DNA of 63,432 nt, filler included. It is 5 parts of 5 records of this genome, joined end to end, with 100 filler letters (N's around TTAATTAATTAA, not from the genome) between each part and the next. Parts side by side here need not be neighbours in the genome. Positions count along the whole stretch, not along the records: positions 57,473 to 63,432 come from DRR723986_1406; 4 more parts are not named here. One strand, written 5' to 3'. Numbering within the stretch: position 1 is the first letter of the stretch; each line of letters begins with the position of its first letter. Both the position numbers and the translations under genes were made by a program. Shown piece by piece: positions 59,003 through 63,432 of this stretch. The notes beneath the pieces were generated by a model. The model was not told the origin of the DNA, searched no databases, and saw only the letters and a program-made list of their open reading frames with translations.

Positions 59003-60078
59003 TGTTCTATCGTGAAGCGGGCGATTTCAAAACGTCCTACAAGGCCGACAGCCAGACCTTCCCGATCAAATTTGACCGCTATCGCTATTATGTGGTTTTG
59101 TTCGTGGCCTTTGCGCTGATCCCGCTGGTGATCAACGATTATTGGGTAAACGCCATTTTCATGCCGTTCCTGATCTATTCGATCGCGGCGATCGGCCTGA
59201 ATATTCTGGTGGGCTATTGCGGCCAGGTTAGCCTGGGCACGGGCGGTTTTATGGCCGTGGGTGCCTATGCCGTGTATAAGCTGATGACCGCCTTTCCCGA
59301 GGTGAATATCTTTTTCCACGTCATATTGGCGGGGGGTATCACGGCTTTTGTCGGGGTGCTGTTTGGCCTGCCTTCGCTGCGCATCAAGGGGTTTTACCTG
59401 GCGGTGGCCACGCTGGCTGCGCAGTTCTTTTTGGTGTGGCTGTTTAACCGCGTGCCGTGGTTTTACAACTACTCGGCCTCGGGCCAAATCTCGGCCCCCG
59501 AGCGCACCGTTTTTGGCATCGAGGTGACAGGCGCCAATACAGATGCATGGGCCGCCTACCTGTTTTGCCTGGTCTTTACCTTCGTCTGTGCCTTGATCGC
59601 CCGCAACCTGACGCGCGGTGCGCAGGGGCGCAAATGGATGGCCATCCGCGATATGGATATTGCGGCTGAAATCATTGGTGTGGATCCGCTGAAAGCCAAG
59701 CTTAGCGCCTTTGCCGTATCCTCCTTCTTTGTCGGGATCTCGGGTGCGCTGTTCTTTGCCGTCTATCTGGGCGCGGTCGAAGTGGGCGAGGTGTTTGGCA
59801 TCAACAAATCGTTCCTGGTGCTGTTCATGGTCATCATTGGTGGTCTGGGCTCGATCTTTGGCTCGTTTGCGGGGGCTGCGTTTTTGGTGCTGCTGCCGGT
59901 GTTTTTGAAAAACGCGCTGGTGGGCGGGCTGGGCTGGCCCACAGATCTGGCCGCGCATCTGGAATTCATGATCGTTGGGGCACTGATTATCGTGTTCTTG
60001 ATCGCAGAACCGCACGGTTTGGCGCAGCTATGGCGCGTTGCGAAAGAAAAATTGCGCCTGTGGCCCTTCCCACACTAA
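59002..60078 (+). CDS. LivM-like ABC permease
   Basis: GYCGQVSLG, GFYLAVATLA, AIRD, IIGGLGS. Confidence 0.9.
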   Translation: MFYREAGDFKTSYKADSQTFPIKFDRYRYYVVLFVAFALIPLVINDYWVNAIFMPFLIYSIAAIGLNILVGYCGQVSLGTGGFMAVGAYAVYKLMTAFPEVNIFFHVILAGGITAFVGVLFGLPSLRIKGFYLAVATLAAQFFLVWLFNRVPWFYNYSASGQISAPERTVFGIEVTGANTDAWAAYLFCLVFTFVCALIARNLTRGAQGRKWMAIRDMDIAAEIIGVDPLKAKLSAFAVSSFFVGISGALFFAVYLGAVEVGEVFGINKSFLVLFMVIIGGLGSIFGSFAGAAFLVLLPVFLKNALVGGLGWPTDLAAHLEFMIVGALIIVFLIAEPHGLAQLWRVAKEKLRLWPFPH

Positions 60079-60199
60079 GCTTGTGGGCCGGGCTGGCAGG
60101 TGGCCAGCAATGCCTTGCCCCGCACCATGGGGCAAGGGGAGGAGTTCGGGGGACACCCCGGAAAAGTAGACATCGGAATAACCAAGGGAGGAAAACCCG

Positions 60200-61483
60200 A
60201 TGAAATTGAAACTGATCTCTGCCGCAGCGGCTGCGATGATTGCTGCAGCACCGGCCATGGCCGAGCTGACCTTTACAGCGCTGAGCTATCGCACCGGGCC
60301 TTATGCCGCAAACGGCATTCCCTTTGCAGATGGCTACCAGGATTATTTCACGCTGCTGAACGAGCGTGATGGCGGCATCGGCGGCGAGCGCGTGAACCTG
60401 GTCGAGTGTGAAACCGGCTACAACACTGAAAAAGGTGTTGAATGCTACGAATCGACCAAAGGCACCGGCGCATTGGTGTACCAGCCGCTGTCCACTGGTA
60501 TTACCTATCAGCTGATCCCCAAAGCCACGGCTGATGGCATTCCTGTGCACTCGATGGGCTATGGCCGCACCTCGGCCAAGAACGGCGAAGTGTTCCGCAA
60601 CATCTTTAACTATCCTGCAAACTACTGGGATGGCGCCTCGGTTGCTATCAAGCACCTGCTGGATGTGAACGGTGGCGCGCTGGACGGCAAGAAAATCGCG
60701 CTGGTCTATCACAACTCGGCCTACGGCAAAGAGCCGATCCGCACGCTGGAAGAGCTGGCCAAAAAGCACGGCTACGAGCTGATGCTGCTGCCCGTTGACC
60801 ACCCCGGCCAAGAGCAGAAATCGCAGTGGCTGCAAATTCGCCGCGAGCGCCCGGATCACGTGCTGATGTGGGGCTGGGGCGTGATGAACCAGGTGGCCAT
60901 TCAGGAAGCGGTGAACATTCGCTACCCGATGGAAAACTTTATCGGCATCTGGTGGTCGGGTTCGGAAAACGATGTGCTGCCTGCCGGCGATGGCGCCAAT
61001 GGCTATAAGGCACTGACCTTCCACAACACCGGCAGCGATTTCCCGCTGTTTGACGACATCCAGAAATATGTGGTTGGCGCTGGCAAAGCGGCTGGTGCAG
61101 GCGATCAGATTGGCACCGCGCTGTATAACCGTGGCCTTTATGCCGCGATGCTGGCTGCCGAAGCTGCAAAAACCGCCCAAGGCATCCACAACACCGGCCC
61201 GCTGACGCCTGCGCAGATGCGTGACGGTATGGAAAGCCTGGAAATCACCGAAGAGAAAATGGCGGCCCTGGGCCTGCCCGGCTTTGGCCCGTCGTTCAAG
61301 GTAAGCTGCCAAAACCACGGCGGCGACGGCCTGACCGCTGTTGTGCAGTGGGATGCTGGTGCCAAGCAGTGGAACAAGATCACCGATTTCATCGCACCTG
61401 ATGCCGATATCTTGAACCCGCTGGTGGAAGCCGATGCTGCCGCCTATGCAGCCGAAGCTGGCATTACGCCCGGCTGTAACTAA
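60200..61483 (+). CDS. ABC substrate-binding protein (Liv/HAAT type)
   Basis: Signal peptide, RTGPYA, ETGY; GGAGG RBS. Confidence 0.88.
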   Translation: MKLKLISAAAAAMIAAAPAMAELTFTALSYRTGPYAANGIPFADGYQDYFTLLNERDGGIGGERVNLVECETGYNTEKGVECYESTKGTGALVYQPLSTGITYQLIPKATADGIPVHSMGYGRTSAKNGEVFRNIFNYPANYWDGASVAIKHLLDVNGGALDGKKIALVYHNSAYGKEPIRTLEELAKKHGYELMLLPVDHPGQEQKSQWLQIRRERPDHVLMWGWGVMNQVAIQEAVNIRYPMENFIGIWWSGSENDVLPAGDGANGYKALTFHNTGSDFPLFDDIQKYVVGAGKAAGAGDQIGTALYNRGLYAAMLAAEAAKTAQGIHNTGPLTPAQMRDGMESLEITEEKMAALGLPGFGPSFKVSCQNHGGDGLTAVVQWDAGAKQWNKITDFIAPDADILNPLVEADAAAYAAEAGITPGCN

Positions 61484-61491
61484 GCACTGTT

Positions 61492-61519
61492 TCACGGGCC
61501 GCTTTCGGGCGGCCCGTGA
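61492..61519 (+). other. stable intergenic hairpin after the binding-protein gene
   Basis: TCACGGGCCGC-T-TTCG-G-GCGGCCCGTGA; no U-tract. Confidence 0.65.
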
Positions 61520-61542
61520 CCCAAACCAACGGAGCGTGGATA

Positions 61543-62370
61543 ATGCTGGACGCCGGTGAAGTCACCCAAGAGAACCTGCTAGAAGTTAACAATATCGAGG
61601 TGATCTATAACCATGTGATCCTTGTTCTAAAGGGCGTTTCGCTGCGCGTGCCCAAAGGCGGCATTACCGCCCTGCTGGGTGGTAACGGCGCGGGTAAAAC
61701 CACAACGTTGAAAGCCATTTCCAACCTTTTGGCCAGCGAACGCGGCGAGGTGACAAAGGGCAATATCATGCTGCGTGGCGAGCGCATCCAAGATCTGAAC
61801 CCCGCCGATCTGGTAAAGCGCGGCGTTATTCAGGTTATGGAGGGGCGCCATTGTTTCGAGCATTTGACGGTTGAAGAAAACCTGTTGACCGGTGCCTATA
61901 CCCGCAACGCCAGCAAAGGCGATATCAACGCCGATCTGGAAATGGTCTATACCTATTTCCCCCGCCTGAAAGAGCGCCGCCGCAGCCAGGCTGGCTATAC
62001 CTCGGGCGGCGAGCAGCAGATGGTGGCGATTGGCCGTGCCTTGATGAGCCGTCCCGAAACCATCTTGCTGGACGAGCCATCGATGGGCCTTGCGCCGCAA
62101 TTGGTGGAGCAGATCTTTGAGATCGTGAAATCGTTGAACGAAAAAGAGGGGCTGACCTTTTTGTTGGCCGAACAAAATACCAATGTGGCCCTGCGCTATG
62201 CGCATTACGGCTATATTCTGGAATCAGGCCGCGTGGTGATGGATGGCCCGGCCAATGAATTGCGCGAAAACCCCGATGTGAAAGAGTTCTATCTGGGCAT
62301 GTCTGACGAGGGGCGCAAATCGTTCCGCGATGTGCGCTCGTATCGTCGCCGTAAACGCTGGCTCAGCTGA
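61543..62370 (+). CDS. LivF-like ABC ATP-binding protein
   Basis: GGNGAGKTT, SGGEQQM, LDEPSMGLAP. Confidence 0.9.
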   Translation: MLDAGEVTQENLLEVNNIEVIYNHVILVLKGVSLRVPKGGITALLGGNGAGKTTTLKAISNLLASERGEVTKGNIMLRGERIQDLNPADLVKRGVIQVMEGRHCFEHLTVEENLLTGAYTRNASKGDINADLEMVYTYFPRLKERRRSQAGYTSGGEQQMVAIGRALMSRPETILLDEPSMGLAPQLVEQIFEIVKSLNEKEGLTFLLAEQNTNVALRYAHYGYILESGRVVMDGPANELRENPDVKEFYLGMSDEGRKSFRDVRSYRRRKRWLS

Positions 62371-62454
62371 TCAGTACCGAATTGCGCACCAAGCCAGCCT
62401 GCGCAAAGATTTTTTAAGACGCGGCCAAAGCGGCCGCCAGCCGGAGAAATACCG

Positions 62455-63432
62455 ATGGGTCGCTTTTTCGACGATCTGGAAACCCGCACGCCCCAGGCCC
62501 GCGCCGCGGCGCTGGCCACTGCCTTGCCAGCACAAATTGCCCGGGCCCAGGCCTTGGCGGGCTATGGCGATAGATTGAACGGGGTGGATGCATCTGCCAT
62601 TACCTCGGCCGCGGCGCTGGCCAGCTTGCCTGTCTTGCGTAAATCCGATTTGGGCGCCGCACAAACCGCAGGCAACCCCCTTGGTGGGCTGACCACCCGG
62701 CCGGCGCATGGGTTTGCCCATGTCTTTCAAAGCCCGGGCCCCATATACGAGCCGGGCGATACCGCCCATGACTGGTGGCGCATGGGCCGGTTTCTGAACG
62801 CCTGTGGTATTGGTGCGGGAGATGTGGTGCAAAACTGCTTTGGCTATCACCTGACCCCGGCTGGCATGATCTTTGAATCGGGCGCGCGCGCTGTGGGGGC
62901 GGCTGTTTTACCCGCCGGCACAGGCCAGACCGAGCTGCAGGTGATCGCGGCGCGCGATGTGGGCACAACCGCCTATGCGGGCACGCCGGATTACCTGAAG
63001 GTGATTTTGGACAAGGCCGATGAGATGGGCGTGCAACTGGGCATTACCCGCGCGGCTGTGGGCGGCGGCGCCTTGTTTCCCAGCCTGCGCCAGGAATATG
63101 CCGCGCGCGGTATTACCTGCCTGCAATGCTATGCCACCGCTGATTTGGGCAATATCGCCTACGAATCCGACGCGATGGAGGGCATGATCGTTGACGAGGG
63201 CGTGATTGTTGAAATCGTGACGCCGGGCACTGGCAATCCGGTGGCGCCGGGCCAGGTGGGCGAGGTGGTGGTAACGACACTGAACCCTGATTACCCTTTG
63301 ATTCGCTTTGCCACTGGCGATCTGTCGGCAGTGATGGAGGGGGCCAGCCCCTGTGGGCGCACCAACACCCGTATCAAAGGGTGGATGGGCCGTGCCGATC
63401 AAACCACCAAGATCAAGGGCATGTTCGTGCGC
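62455..63432 (+). CDS. phenylacetate-CoA ligase (PaaK) family protein, runs off the window end
   Basis: Manual translation from ATG 62455: MGRFFDDLETR...SPGPIYEP...YHLTPAG...YATADLG...RFATGDLS; missing from the ORF track. Confidence 0.85.
   Translation, partial: MGRFFDDLETRTPQARAAALATALPAQIARAQALAGYGDRLNGVDASAITSAAALASLPVLRKSDLGAAQTAGNPLGGLTTRPAHGFAHVFQSPGPIYEPGDTAHDWWRMGRFLNACGIGAGDVVQNCFGYHLTPAGMIFESGARAVGAAVLPAGTGQTELQVIAARDVGTTAYAGTPDYLKVILDKADEMGVQLGITRAAVGGGALFPSLRQEYAARGITCLQCYATADLGNIAYESDAMEGMIVDEGVIVEIVTPGTGNPVAPGQVGEVVVTTLNPDYPLIRFATGDLSAVMEGASPCGRTNTRIKGWMGRADQTTKIKGMFVR

Noticed and set aside
62371-63402. Minus-strand ORFs at the window end
   Set aside because: Antisense to the PaaK-like gene that runs off the window
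1-63432. CRISPR arrays, rRNA, tRNA, phage or defence genes
   Set aside because: No regularly spaced repeats, structural RNA genes or recognisable phage/defence motifs seen by eye; a covariance-model search was not run

Overview
This window is not one locus. It is five unrelated contigs joined by four identical 100-bp artificial linkers (N44-TTAATTAATTAA-N44 at 29041-29140, 39276-39375, 52108-52207, 57373-57472). Contig 1 (1-29040, AT-rich, Bacteroidota; Cyclobacteriaceae/Algoriphagus-like by inference) is mostly housekeeping: folB, divIVA-like, PPTase, acyl-CoA carboxylase, amidase, lptD, arginine deiminase, lysS, proline dehydrogenase. It also has a response regulator/heme oxygenase/bacteriophytochrome cassette and an aromatic amino acid operon. 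That operon is preceded by an unannotated, apparently leaderless Phe/Tyr-rich leader peptide with a complete terminator/antiterminator attenuator. Contigs 2-5 are GC-rich and alphaproteobacterial (Rhodobacteraceae-like). Contig 2 is a truncated highly reducing type I PKS (AT-DH-ER-KR-ACP-C) followed by a stand-alone condensation protein, a sulfotransferase and an MMPL exporter; this parts list parallels mycobacterial sulfolipid clusters. Contig 3 is an IS5-flanked catabolic island (BCCT transporter with an altered aromatic box, GMC oxidoreductase, enolase-superfamily enzyme, two ALDHs, divergent aspartase-like lyase, AKR, IclR with tandem operators, LysR) for an unknown substrate. Contig 4 is xdhB/xdhC plus a purine/nucleoside ABC transporter. 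Contig 5 is a Liv-type ABC transporter plus a PaaK-like ligase. All assignments come from motifs read by eye; no database searches were run.
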